A stretch of DNA of 64,000 nucleotides from an uncultured Clostridium sp. (GTDB lineage: Bacteria; Bacillota; Clostridia; TANB77; CAG-508): the NCBI GenBank assembly GCA_930991035.1, contig CAKNRV010000003.1:1097-65096 (forward strand). Direction: 5' to 3'. Positions within the stretch are counted from its first letter, which is position 1; each line of letters begins with the position of its first letter. The notes under the pieces were generated by a model. That model worked only from the letters and a program-made list of their open reading frames with translations. It was not told the origin of the DNA and did no database searches. The position numbers and the translations under genes are program-made. Positions 38,620 through 49,065 of this stretch are shown here, in pieces.

Positions 38620-39525
38620 ATGCAAAAGCTTATAGTTGATAAAAAGTTTAATAATAAAAAAGTAAGTGAATTCCTTTTTTCTAAGTTCAACGGGCTTACA
38701 AAAAACACATTATATAAAGCTTTTCGAAAAAAGGATATTAGAATTAACAATGTAAAAATTAGTGAAGATATGGCTGTACACTTAAATGATGTAATAACTA
38801 TATATATAGTAGACGATTTATTATATAAAAATATAGAAATTCCAAAAGTTTATGAGGATGATAATATTTTAATTGTGGATAAACCAAGTGATATAGAAGT
38901 AGTTGGTTCAGATTCCGTAACTAGTATTTTTGAAAAAGAATATTCGTTTATTTCCCCTTGTCACAGATTAGATAGAAATACAACTGGCTTGCTTTTATTT
39001 GCAAAAAATAAAGAAACATTAAATATATTGCTTGATAAGTTTAGAAATAAAGAAATTGAAAAACATTATTTAGCTAAGATTTACAATGCTTATGAAAATC
39101 TTTCAAATACAAATGTAAATTTCAAGCAGTATAATACTCCTCCGCTCATAAAAGAAGGAGCTCCTCAAACATTAACAGCATATTTATTTAAAGATAATAA
39201 AAAATCCCTAGTATATATTTCTGATACGCCAAAAAAAGGTTATGTAAAAATTGTAACTTCTTTTACTGTATTAGAAAAACATAAGAAAGAAAATTATTAT
39301 TTACTAGATGTTGAGCTACATACAGGAAAAACGCATCAGATTAGAGCTCACTTAGCTCATATAGGCTTGCCAATAATCGGTGATGGAAAATATGGAATAA
39401 ATGAGATTAATAAAAAATTTGGTTGTAAAACACAACAGCTTCGTAGCTATAAGTTGAAATTTAATTTCATAACAGATGCTGGAATTTTGAATTACTTAAA
39501 TGGAAAAGAAGTTCAACTAAAATAA
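38620..39525 (+). CDS. RluA-family pseudouridine synthase with an S4-like N-terminal domain
   Basis: HRLDRNTTGLLLFAK catalytic motif and GKTHQIRAHLA. Start set to ATG 38620 (AAAGGAA upstream) rather than GTG 38611. Confidence 0.85.
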   Translation: MQKLIVDKKFNNKKVSEFLFSKFNGLTKNTLYKAFRKKDIRINNVKISEDMAVHLNDVITIYIVDDLLYKNIEIPKVYEDDNILIVDKPSDIEVVGSDSVTSIFEKEYSFISPCHRLDRNTTGLLLFAKNKETLNILLDKFRNKEIEKHYLAKIYNAYENLSNTNVNFKQYNTPPLIKEGAPQTLTAYLFKDNKKSLVYISDTPKKGYVKIVTSFTVLEKHKKENYYLLDVELHTGKTHQIRAHLAHIGLPIIGDGKYGINEINKKFGCKTQQLRSYKLKFNFITDAGILNYLNGKEVQLK

Positions 39526-39571
39526 TTGTTCACAAATGTGCTATTTTTCTACAATTGCAGTTATATTTTTA

Positions 39572-39657
39572 GCAAATAGATGTATAATTTTATTTTATTG
39601 TTTGAGCGCCCCAACTTAAGCTCTCAAACAGAAAATAAAAAATATACATCTATTTGC
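39572..39657. repeat. Long imperfect palindrome (~35-bp arms, ~14-nt GC-rich loop)
   Basis: gcaaatagatgtata (39572-39586) pairs with tatacatctatttgc (39643-39657). The inner arms attttattttattgtttgag and ctcaaacagaaaataaaaaa are mostly complementary. The loop is cgccccaacttaag. Confidence 0.8.
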
Positions 39658-39742
39658 ATTTTGTCAATTAATTATTAAAATTTTAATCTTTTATCATAAA
39701 AAATTTAAAGCTTACACAAACTTTTCAATATACTTTTTCAAC

Positions 39743-39773
39743 TTGAACAAAAAGGAGTGTCCCAAATGTTCAA
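39743..39773 (-). repeat. Dispersed palindromic repeat, locus C (1 unit, reverse orientation)
   Basis: ttgaacaaaaaggagtgtcccaaatgttcaa is the reverse complement of the locus B unit. It lies 15 nt after the ftsH stop, in the same sense relative to that gene as loci A and B. Confidence 0.9.
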
Positions 39774-39787
39774 GTTCTTACTTTTTC

Positions 39788-41588
39788 TTACTTAATTAAT
39801 TCTTGGAATTCTTCAGCAGAGATAACCTCTTTGTGCATTAAAGCTTCTGCTACTCTGTCTAGTTTGTCTCTGTTCTCTCTAATTAATTTTTGTGCTGTTG
39901 CATAAGCATTGTCTAAAAGTATTTTTACCTCTGCACCAATTGCATCACCAAATTTTTCTCCTAACATTTGTAATTCGTAAGGGTCTTTTTCTGTATCAAT
40001 TGATATTGGTCCGAAGCGTTTCGCTCATTCCGTATTTTGTAATCATATTTTTAGCGATATCTGTTGCAACTTCTATATCATTACTTGCTCCTGTTGAAAT
40101 ATCATTTAATACTATTTTTTCTGCTGCTCTACCACCCATAAGTGCTATCATTTTTTCTTCCATTTCTGTTTTTGAAATATAGTACTTATCCTCGTCAGAT
40201 TTATACATTGTGTATCCACCAGCTACACCTCTTGGTATAATTGATACTTCTTTTATGCCTTTTTGTGTTTCTAGTCTACTACTTACAATTGCATGTCCAG
40301 CTTCGTGATATGCAGTTAATTTTTTATCCTTCTCAGATATAACTCTACTATGTTTTTCAAGTCCTACTGTAACTTTCTTTACAGCCTCTTCTATATCTGA
40401 ATTGTTTATTGCATCGTGTTCATTTATTGTTGCTATAATTGCTGCTTCGTTTAAAATATTTGCAAGCTCTGCTCCAGTAAACCCTGCTGTATCTTCTGCA
40501 ATGCTTTTTAAGTTTACATCTTCTGCAAATTGTTTGCCTTTCGCGTGTATTTTTAATATTGCTTCTCTTCCTTTCATATCTGGAAGTCCAATTGTTATTC
40601 TTCTGTCAAATCTTCCTGGACGAAGTAATGCCTTGTCCAACATTTCTGGTCTATTAGTTGCAGCTAAAACAATTACAGTTTCGTCTGTGTCAAATCCATC
40701 CATTTCTACCAATAGCTGATTTAATGTTTGGTTGTTTTCTGACTCTGCTCCACCACTACTATTTCTTCTTGAACCTATTGCATCAATTTCGTCTATGAAT
40801 ACTATACAAGGAGAGATTTTTTTCGCTTTTTCAAATAGTTTTCTTACTCTTGAAGCACCTAGTCCTGCAAACATCTCTATAAATTCTGAACCACTCATAG
40901 AAATAAATGGAACATTTGCCTCTCCTGCTATTGCTTTTGCTATTAATGTTTTTCCAGTTCCTGGTTGTCCACAAAGTAGAACTCCTCTTGGAATTTTAGC
41001 ACCCATTTTATTAAATCTTTCTGGATTTTTTAAGAAATCCACGATTTCTATCATTTCATTTTTTTCTTCGTCTAATCCTGCTACATCGTCAAATTTTGTT
41101 TTAGATTTTGTAGTTTCACTATCATATACCTTGCCTTTATCTCCTAATCCTTGCATTTTAAAGAATAGTATGATAAGTACAACTAGCAATATAGTTGGCA
41201 ATACTGAGAAGAGTGCACTTGAAATTGATACAAAAACATTTGTCGGATTTTGGATTAACTCAAATTCAATTCCATCTTCCACTTTTTGATTAATAAGTTC
41301 CATAAATGCCTGTGTACTCGGAACTATTACATTTTTTTCCTCTTCTTCGTCACGTAGTTTTACTTTGATAGAAGAACTTCCAACAGTCATTTCTATTGAT
41401 TCTACATTGCCTTCATTTAATTGTGTTATTAATTCTGTATATGCTAGTTCTTTTTCTTCGGCACTTTCCCCATTTGCATATAAGAAATAGATAGCCACTG
41501 CAAGTATGATTATCAAAAAGACTAGAACTGCTAATAAAATATACTGTTTTTTGCTGTTCTTTTCGTTGTTTTTTTGTTTTTCGTCCAT
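39788..41588 (-). pseudogene. ftsH: ATP-dependent zinc metalloprotease FtsH, interrupted by a +1 frameshift near 40013
   Basis: The track ORF (39996-41588) contains Walker A GQPGTGKT, the SRH region and HEAGH, and ends ...KYGMSETLRTNIN*. Shifting one base after ETL gives GPISIDTEKDPYELQMLGEKFGDAIGAEVKILLDNAYATAQKLIRENRDKLDRVAEALMHKEVISAEEFQELIK* (stop at 39788-39790), the normal FtsH C-terminus. Confidence 0.88.
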
Positions 41589-41611
41589 TCGCTTTCTCCC
41601 TTCAATTCTAT

Positions 41612-42661
41612 TTAAGCATTATTGCCTTCAGGTTCACTACCTGTATTTTCTTCTTTTTCTTTCTCTTCTTTCTGTTTTTCTTTTTCTTTTCTTCTTTTTT
41701 CTCTTCTCTCTAGTTCTTCTTTCGCTTTACGTTCTTCTTCTTTTTGTTTTAATTCTTGTTTTACTCTTTCTTGTTCTTCTATTATTCTATTTAATTCCAT
41801 TTGTTTACGTATTACATCAGATTTTATCATTAAAATTGCTGTTATAATATAAATTGAAGCAATTGATGTGTACATAATTTGGAAATATTTCATTGTAAAT
41901 CCTGTTAATATGTTTGCTACAATGTAAAGCATATTTAGAATTACTGGCAATGTAATTGAATATGCTGCAATATTATAAATTGCACTATATTTTAATCTAA
42001 GTCTAGCTAATCTTGAAACTATATATGCTAGGACTGCAAAAAGTAATATATCCACTAATATACTAAAGAAATAAACCACAAAAATGTATATAGCTATTAT
42101 GCCAAAAAGCGTTAAAATAAACAATTTTAATTCATTGCTATTTAAAATGTTTATTACTTCGTCTTTGCTTAAATTATTTATATTATATTGTTTAGAAATA
42201 TCTTCTAATGAATATTGCATTGTATTGCTAGACAATACTGTTTTTATTATTATTCTATCTTTTAAAATTAATATACCATTTTCTTCGGATCTTATTTCAC
42301 TAATTGCATCATTTATCTCATTTTCGTCTAAGTCTTTAGTATTTACAATGACTCTATTTATTACAAAATTGTCTGTACTTACATCTATAATACCTTCGTT
42401 ATTGCTTGGAGTTACCGTTAATGTGTAATTGTCGAAAGTTATTTCTGATATATTATTATTAATAAATTTCTCCGCTTGATTTACAGTTTGAAACATCTTA
42501 CAAGTATACGCAAAAGAAATTACAACCGAAAAAATAATCATAAGCAACACTATGTATAAAATTGTTCTGATTATTTTTTCTGCTGCCAAATCTTGATATC
42601 CATCGAAATCAAATATACTTGTCTTTAGTTTTCTAAAAAATGAACGTTTTCCTTGTTCCAC
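41612..42661 (-). CDS. DUF1189-like polytopic membrane protein with a K/E-rich C-terminal tail
   Basis: The N-terminus SFFRKLKTSIFDFDGYQDLAAEKIIRTILYIVLLM and the later TM bundle resemble DUF1189. The C-terminus is a KEEERKAKEELERREKRRKEKEKQKEE low-complexity stretch. Confidence 0.55.
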   Translation of the reverse strand: MEQGKRSFFRKLKTSIFDFDGYQDLAAEKIIRTILYIVLLMIIFSVVISFAYTCKMFQTVNQAEKFINNNISEITFDNYTLTVTPSNNEGIIDVSTDNFVINRVIVNTKDLDENEINDAISEIRSEENGILILKDRIIIKTVLSSNTMQYSLEDISKQYNINNLSKDEVINILNSNELKLFILTLFGIIAIYIFVVYFFSILVDILLFAVLAYIVSRLARLRLKYSAIYNIAAYSITLPVILNMLYIVANILTGFTMKYFQIMYTSIASIYIITAILMIKSDVIRKQMELNRIIEEQERVKQELKQKEEERKAKEELERREKRRKEKEKQKEEKEKEENTGSEPEGNNA

Positions 42662-42676
42662 CTTCTGCTCCCCTCA

Positions 42677-44074
42677 CTATATTTTTTCAATAGTCATTCC
42701 TGTCTTTGTATCTTTTACAATATAACCTTTTTCATTTAATTCATCTCTTAATTTATCAGACAAGTCCCAGTTTTTTTCATTTCTTGCTTGTTTTCTTTTT
42801 TCTAGCAATTCTGTTATCTCTTCTGGTAAATCAATATTTTTTTGATTTTCTATATATTTTTCAGAATTTTTCAAATCCAATCCTAAAACTCTATCAAATT
42901 GTAGTAATAACTCAGCAATTTTATTAGATTGTTTCTCGTTTCTAGCAATCTCCCATATAATTGACATTGCTAGTGGAAAATTCAAATCGTCATTAATTGC
43001 TTCCAAAAATTTTTCTTTATATTCTTCGATTTTATATTCTTCTATATCTTCTTCACTATTTTTGTGTTTTATATAGCTTTCTCTTAATCTATTAAGTGCT
43101 TTTTGAGAAGCCATAGCACCTTCAAAGGTAAAGTTTAATTTTGTTCTATAATGTGCAGTATAGCAAAATAGTTTAAATGCCAATGGTTCTATACCTTTTT
43201 CTTGTAACTGATTTAAAGTATATACATTTCCTAAACTTTTAGACATTTTACCGCCATCAACTTGTAAAAATTCTACGTGCATCCATACCTTGGCAGGTAT
43301 TTTTCCAAATGCTCCTTTGCTTTGCGCTATTTCATTTTCGTGATGTGTTGGTATATGGTCAACGCCACCTGTATGAATATCAAATACTTCACCTAAATAT
43401 TTTCTAGACATAGCAGAACATTCCAAATGCCAACCCGGATATGATAAGCCCCAAGGACTATCCCATTTCATTATGTGATTTTCTGGTGCTTTAATCCAAA
43501 TAGCAAAATCATAAGGATTTCTCTTTTCTGGGTCTACATCTACTCTTGCACCTGCAATTTGGTCTTCTACATTTCTATTAGAAAGTACTGGATATTTATC
43601 TAATTTTGATATGTCAAAATAAATTCCTTTACTTGTTTCATAGCCATAACCATTTTTTACAATTTCTTTTGCAAATTCTAGCATATCTTCTATGTGGTCA
43701 GTTGCTTTTGCAATAATCTCTGGTCTTTCTATATTTAATCTGCCCATATCTTTAAAAAATGCATCTGTATAAAATTTTGCAATTTCATAAGGATCTTTAT
43801 TTTCTTTTTTAGCTGCCTTTTCCATTTTGTCTTCACCTTCGTCAGCATCCGATTCCAAATGTCCAACATCTGTTATATTCATAACGTGTTTTAAAGTATA
43901 ACCATTGTATTCTAAAGTTCTTCTTAGATTATCTACGAATGTGTATGCTCTAAAATTTCCAATATGAGCATAACCGTATACAGTTGGACCACAAGAATAT
44001 ATTCGTACTTCATTCCCATTTAAGGGAATGAAGTCACTTTTTTGTTTTGTTAAAGTATTATATAATTTAATCAT
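42677..44074 (-). CDS. cysS: Cysteine--tRNA ligase
   Basis: 465 aa with class I motifs CGPTVYGYAHIGN (HIGH region) and KMSKSLGN. Confidence 0.95.
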   Translation of the reverse strand: MIKLYNTLTKQKSDFIPLNGNEVRIYSCGPTVYGYAHIGNFRAYTFVDNLRRTLEYNGYTLKHVMNITDVGHLESDADEGEDKMEKAAKKENKDPYEIAKFYTDAFFKDMGRLNIERPEIIAKATDHIEDMLEFAKEIVKNGYGYETSKGIYFDISKLDKYPVLSNRNVEDQIAGARVDVDPEKRNPYDFAIWIKAPENHIMKWDSPWGLSYPGWHLECSAMSRKYLGEVFDIHTGGVDHIPTHHENEIAQSKGAFGKIPAKVWMHVEFLQVDGGKMSKSLGNVYTLNQLQEKGIEPLAFKLFCYTAHYRTKLNFTFEGAMASQKALNRLRESYIKHKNSEEDIEEYKIEEYKEKFLEAINDDLNFPLAMSIIWEIARNEKQSNKIAELLLQFDRVLGLDLKNSEKYIENQKNIDLPEEITELLEKRKQARNEKNWDLSDKLRDELNEKGYIVKDTKTGMTIEKI

Positions 44075-44086
44075 TTACGCCTCCAT

Positions 44087-46984
44087 TTAAACTGTTGTAT
44101 TCGTATCTGCTGGCGGATCAACTATTGTGTTTGTATCCGTAGTTTCATTTGTTCCTCCTGGATCAATTGGTGTTGGCGGTACTGTTGTATTTGTGTTTGG
44201 ATCTTCTGGAACAGTTGTTGATTGAATTTCATTTACTGTTATTGTAATATTATCTCCTCTTTTAGCTTGAGTGTTAGCCTCTATACTTTGTTTTAATACT
44301 GTGCCATTTGCAGAACTTGGATCACTTTCATAAACTACTTGTATAGTTAATCCACTTAAAGCTTCTCTTGCCTGTGCTTCTGTCATTCCTACTACATTTT
44401 GTACAGTTATTGCCATAGTTTCTGCTGTATGTACATCACAAGTTTCTGTTATTTCTTTATATTTATTACCTACGTTTGTTTTCCAATTTGGATTTACTTC
44501 TTTTTCAGGTGTTGATAAATATGTTTTTGTTTCTGTTTCTGGGCAATATTCTGTTGCAAGTTTTCCACTTTCAGAACAAATTTCTACTTTTTTATGTCCA
44601 TCACATTTTCCTGGTACTGTTCCTGATACAAATTCTTCTGTATATGTTCTAGTACATTCATCTGTTGCAGCTCTTCCTGAATCTAAACATATTGTTGCTT
44701 TCACTATATTATTTGGTTTGTCAAAACTTGCTGACTCTAAGTCCTCGTGTATGTCAGTCATAACTGCATCCCAAATTGTCATTGCAGGGTTTGACATATT
44801 TCTATTGTAAAAAGAGATTACTTCTGGTTGGTCATATCCAAACCAAGTTGCTGCTGCATAATATGGTGTAAATCCGCAAAGCCATCTATCATACATACTA
44901 TTTGTTGTTCCTGTTTTTGCAGCTACATCCATACCTGAAATAGCACATAAAGATGCTGTTCCACCACTTGTAACTGGTGCTTCTAATATACTTGTTAAAA
45001 TATATGCATTACCTTCTGTCATTACCCTTTTTGTTTCTTGCTCTGCTTCTAATATTACATTTCCATTTGCATCTTCTACTTTAGTATAGAATGTAGGCTC
45101 AATATATTCTCCGCCATTTGCAATCATTGCATAAGCTGCTGCCATTTGCAGTGGAGTAGTTCCATGACCCGTTCCTCCTAATGCTAATGTCAATTCATAA
45201 TCAGATTCGTCAAATTGAGTCATACCGACTTCATTTAAGAACTCTACACCATTACTTACACCAACATTTGATAATATTTTTATATTTACTATATTTGAAG
45301 AATGTTTAATAGCTTCTCTTACAGTAATTAATCCTCGATAACCAGTAGAGTTTTCTGGATCATAGTCGCCAAACACAGTCACTGAGTCATCATACACTGT
45401 TGCAGCTGTAATTATTCCTTGTTCTAACCCAGGTGCTACTGCTACCAATGGTTTTATTGAAGAACCTGCTTGCCTTCCGCCATTTGCCATTGATGTTGCT
45501 CTATTTGTTCCATAAGTTGGTGAATCGTCTCCAAGTCCACCTACTTCTGCAACTACCTGACCATTTGTGTGATCTATTATTACCATTCCTGATTGTGAAT
45601 GTGCTCCTTCTTCTGCATCTTCATCAGTTGCTTCTTTTATATACTTATCTTTTAAGTATTCTTCTTCCATTCTTTCTTGTATGTCACTATCTTGAGTTGT
45701 ATATATTCTGTATCCGTTATTATATACTCTATCCTCTGCTGCTTTTCTATCAATGTCATACTCTTCCATTAAATCTTCTACAACTTGATCAATAGCATCT
45801 ACTTCTAAGAAAGATAAATCTGATTGTGTTGAGAATTTACCTTGCTCGAATTTTAGGCCGTTATCAACCTCAGCTACTGCTTCTGCATATTCTTCTTCTG
45901 TAATAAATGTATTTCCATCTTCGTCCTTAACCTCTAGCATTTTACCTAAAACTAATTTAGTTTTGTCATTTATTATCTCTGTTTTATCTTCTTCTCCAAA
46001 TGGGTTATAATAGTTTGGTGAGTCATTTATACCTGCCATAAATGCAGCTTCTGCTAAGCTTAAATCTTTTGCAGATTTATTAAAATAGTATTTTGCACCA
46101 CTTTCTACGCCGTGTATATTGCTTCCACCAACAAAAATTTCATTTAAATATAATTCCAATATTTGAGTTTTAGATAACATTTGTTCAACTTTATATGCAC
46201 GAGACCACTCTCTTATTTTTCTCTCTACGGTATCTTCATCATCATCCATTAAGTTTTTGACCAATTGTTGTGTTATTGTGCTTCCTCCAAATGAAGAACT
46301 TCCGCCATTAAGCACATATGTAACTATGGCACCTGCAGTTCTGTATATATCAACTCCGCTATGTTTGTAAAATCTTTCGTCCTCAATTGCCACATATGCT
46401 TTTGGTATGTATTCACCCATTTCACTTAAAGGAATTATTTTACGGTTTTCTTCTCCTCTTATTTCATGTAAAACATTTCCTTCACTATCATAAGTAATAG
46501 AATTTTGCATTTTTATTACCAAGTCGTCTTCTGTCATATTCCAAGTATCACCAAAGAAAATTGCCGCAAATACTCCTGCACCTATTAAGCATAATAATAT
46601 AATAATTATTATAAATGCTATTATAAACTTTTTTAATTTTGAATGTTTTTTCTTTTGTTTTTTATCTTTCTTTTTACTATCTTCTACTTTTTTATTTTTT
46701 TTGGTTTTCTTTGAATCATCTACACTTTTCATTATTTTTGTTTCCTCTAAATTATCATTATTTATTATTTTTGTATCATCAATCGAACTATCATTACTTG
46801 TTCTAAGTATTTTTGTGTCTCTGTCATTGTCACTATGCTTTATTATTTTTGTTTCTCTTGAACTGTCATTTTCTTTTAGTACTTGCGTCTCTTGATTTTT
46901 CAGTTTATCTTCATTTTTTGTTTTATTTGTTTCATTAGAATTATTTATATTATAATTTTTAGTTTTATCATTTTCTTTTTCCAT
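44087..46984 (-). CDS. Class A penicillin-binding protein (glycosyltransferase + transpeptidase) with a C-terminal PASTA domain and T/P-rich tail
   Basis: GT51 motifs AIEDERFYKHSGVD and RKIREW. Transpeptidase motifs SSIKP, HSSN and KTGTT. PASTA-like VVGMTEAQAREALSGLTIQVVYE. Start set at ATG 46984 (AAGGAGG upstream). Confidence 0.9.
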   Translation of the reverse strand: MEKENDKTKNYNINNSNETNKTKNEDKLKNQETQVLKENDSSRETKIIKHSDNDRDTKILRTSNDSSIDDTKIINNDNLEETKIMKSVDDSKKTKKNKKVEDSKKKDKKQKKKHSKLKKFIIAFIIIIILLCLIGAGVFAAIFFGDTWNMTEDDLVIKMQNSITYDSEGNVLHEIRGEENRKIIPLSEMGEYIPKAYVAIEDERFYKHSGVDIYRTAGAIVTYVLNGGSSSFGGSTITQQLVKNLMDDDEDTVERKIREWSRAYKVEQMLSKTQILELYLNEIFVGGSNIHGVESGAKYYFNKSAKDLSLAEAAFMAGINDSPNYYNPFGEEDKTEIINDKTKLVLGKMLEVKDEDGNTFITEEEYAEAVAEVDNGLKFEQGKFSTQSDLSFLEVDAIDQVVEDLMEEYDIDRKAAEDRVYNNGYRIYTTQDSDIQERMEEEYLKDKYIKEATDEDAEEGAHSQSGMVIIDHTNGQVVAEVGGLGDDSPTYGTNRATSMANGGRQAGSSIKPLVAVAPGLEQGIITAATVYDDSVTVFGDYDPENSTGYRGLITVREAIKHSSNIVNIKILSNVGVSNGVEFLNEVGMTQFDESDYELTLALGGTGHGTTPLQMAAAYAMIANGGEYIEPTFYTKVEDANGNVILEAEQETKRVMTEGNAYILTSILEAPVTSGGTASLCAISGMDVAAKTGTTNSMYDRWLCGFTPYYAAATWFGYDQPEVISFYNRNMSNPAMTIWDAVMTDIHEDLESASFDKPNNIVKATICLDSGRAATDECTRTYTEEFVSGTVPGKCDGHKKVEICSESGKLATEYCPETETKTYLSTPEKEVNPNWKTNVGNKYKEITETCDVHTAETMAITVQNVVGMTEAQAREALSGLTIQVVYESDPSSANGTVLKQSIEANTQAKRGDNITITVNEIQSTTVPEDPNTNTTVPPTPIDPGGTNETTDTNTIVDPPADTNTTV

Positions 46985-47097
46985 TATAAACCTCCTTATC
47001 CGAAACATTAAGCCTTCCTTTTTAATTTACGCATTTATTATATACTATATTACAAAAAAATTAAAGCTTTACAAGAAAAATTAAGAATTTTCCTGTT

Positions 47098-47634
47098 TTA
47101 TAACACATCTTTCACATTTCTCATAAATATAAAGCTCTCAATTAAGTCCATAATAGCATATATTAGGATAATTACTCCTAGAGTAACAATTAATGCTCCT
47201 GGATAAAAAGTTACATATAGTCCACCAATAACCATTAATACTGCTAAAACCAAAACTATCATCCATAATTTTTCATTTACGTTTTTTAATCTATATGATA
47301 AAGTAAATCTAGTAAATCCACTATATATTATCCAAATACCAATCATTATTCTAAATATACTCTCTATTGTGCTACTATATACTATTGTTACTAAACCTAT
47401 TATTACCGCGATTAATCCCCAAGCTATATCATTGGTAAAAAATGTAGAATTTCCTTTTGAAATAAAATAATTTATTACTTTTATTACTCCAATTACTATA
47501 AAAAATATTCCTAATATAGTTGATATAAATTGCATTGTAGTGTCTGGATTGTATATCATTATTAATCCAATTATTCCAAATATAATAGATGTAATTACGC
47601 TTGTCCAGCCTGCTTTCTTTAAAAATTTATCCAT
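47098..47634 (-). CDS. HdeD/DUF308-family membrane protein
   Basis: Six hydrophobic helices. GIIGLIMIYNPDTTMQFISTILGIFFIVIGVIKV is typical of DUF308 repeats. Confidence 0.65.
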   Translation of the reverse strand: MDKFLKKAGWTSVITSIIFGIIGLIMIYNPDTTMQFISTILGIFFIVIGVIKVINYFISKGNSTFFTNDIAWGLIAVIIGLVTIVYSSTIESIFRIMIGIWIIYSGFTRFTLSYRLKNVNEKLWMIVLVLAVLMVIGGLYVTFYPGALIVTLGVIILIYAIMDLIESFIFMRNVKDVL

Positions 47635-47724
47635 TTTTATCACATTCCTTTCTGAAAAACAAAAGAATTATTACAAAGAATTAGTGCCCAAGTCTAGATT
47701 CTTTATAATAATTCTTTGATTAAT

Positions 47725-49038
47725 TTATGCTGTTGTCACATTATTTTTTGTTGTAACCCTTTTACTTTTATTTGCTTTTTTATGAACTTCCCTATTATTA
47801 TTTATTATAATTTTAGGTGGTTCTCCATTTAGTACTGTTTCTTTTGTAACAATACATTTTTCTATTTTTGGGTTTGATGGTATCTCAAACATAATATCTC
47901 TCATTATTTCTTCTATAATAGAACGAAGTCCTCTTGCTCCTGTTTTTCTTTCTATTGCCTTATCAACTATCAATCCCAGTGCTTCGTCTTCAAATTCAAG
48001 TTCTACATTATCCATTCTAAATAATTTTTGATATTGTTTCACTAAAGCATTTTTTGGTTTAGTTACTATATTTATCAATGCTTCTCTATCCAATTCTTCT
48101 AATGTTGCTATAATTGGTAAACGTCCTACAAATTCTGGTATTAAACCAAATTTTAATAAATCCTGTGGAAGTAACTGTTCAAATACTTTATATTTATCTA
48201 TATCTTTGTTGCTTTCAATTACAGCTCCAAATCCCATAGACTTTTTACCTATTCTATCTTTTACTATTTTTTCCAATCCTTCAAAAGCTCCACCACAAAT
48301 AAATAAAATATTTGATGTATCTATTTGTATAAATTCTTGATGTGGATGTTTTCTGCCTCCCTGTGGTGGTACTGAAGCTACGGTTCCCTCAACAATTTTT
48401 AGTAATGCTTGTTGTACACCTTCGCCACTAACATCTCTTGTAATAGATGGGTTTTCAGATTTTCTTGAAATTTTATCAATTTCGTCTATATAAATAATTC
48501 CTCGTTCTGCTTTTTCTATATCATAATCTGCTGCTTGTATTAGTTTAAGTAAGATATTTTCAACATCTTCTCCAACATATCCAGCTTCAGTTAATGTAGT
48601 CGCATCTGCTATTGCAAATGGCACTTTTAAAATTTTAGCTAAAGTTTGAGCAAGTAAAGTTTTTCCACAACCTGTTGGTCCAAGTAATAGAACATTACTT
48701 TTTTGAAGCTCTACATCATCTTTTTCGCCTTTTTCTTTGCTGTTTATTCTTTTATAATGATTATATACTGCAACAGCTAAAGTTTTTTTAGCCTCTTCTT
48801 GACCTATTACATACGAATCCAATACTTCTTTTATTTCTGCTGGGTTTGGTAATTCTTCTTGCTCATTTATTGTATAAGTCATTTCAGCTGCATCATACAA
48901 ATCATCTTCTACTATGTTAGAACATATTTTTACGCAATCACTACAAATATATACTCCTGGTCCAGCAATAATTCTTTCAACCTCATCCTGCGACTTTCCG
49001 CAGAAAGAACATCTAATACTTTTTTTGCTACTTGACAT
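47725..49038 (-). CDS. clpX: ATP-dependent Clp protease ATP-binding subunit ClpX
   Basis: Zinc-binding N-domain [15 protein letters not shown], Walker A GPTGCGKT, and IYIDEIDKI. Confidence 0.95.
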   Translation of the reverse strand: MSSSKKSIRCSFCGKSQDEVERIIAGPGVYICSDCVKICSNIVEDDLYDAAEMTYTINEQEELPNPAEIKEVLDSYVIGQEEAKKTLAVAVYNHYKRINSKEKGEKDDVELQKSNVLLLGPTGCGKTLLAQTLAKILKVPFAIADATTLTEAGYVGEDVENILLKLIQAADYDIEKAERGIIYIDEIDKISRKSENPSITRDVSGEGVQQALLKIVEGTVASVPPQGGRKHPHQEFIQIDTSNILFICGGAFEGLEKIVKDRIGKKSMGFGAVIESNKDIDKYKVFEQLLPQDLLKFGLIPEFVGRLPIIATLEELDREALINIVTKPKNALVKQYQKLFRMDNVELEFEDEALGLIVDKAIERKTGARGLRSIIEEIMRDIMFEIPSNPKIEKCIVTKETVLNGEPPKIIINNNREVHKKANKSKRVTTKNNVTTA

Positions 49039-49065
49039 TTTTCTTTCCCTCTCTTATAAAGATTT

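Noticed and set aside
40732-41289. Plus-strand ORFs inside ftsH (185 aa, 105 aa). Similar antisense ORFs lie inside the ABC genes (33825-34373), recN (55960-56439), spoIVA, tsaD, the PBP gene and others
   Set aside because: They are antisense to well-supported conserved genes, give Ser/Leu/Phe-rich translations and have no RBS. These are typical shadow ORFs of AT-rich genomes.
41506-41852. Plus-strand ORFs of 113 aa and 76 aa over the ftsH start and DUF1189 tail
   Set aside because: They are the antisense of the K/E-rich (AAG/GAA) low-complexity tail, which reads as an L/F/S-rich open frame.
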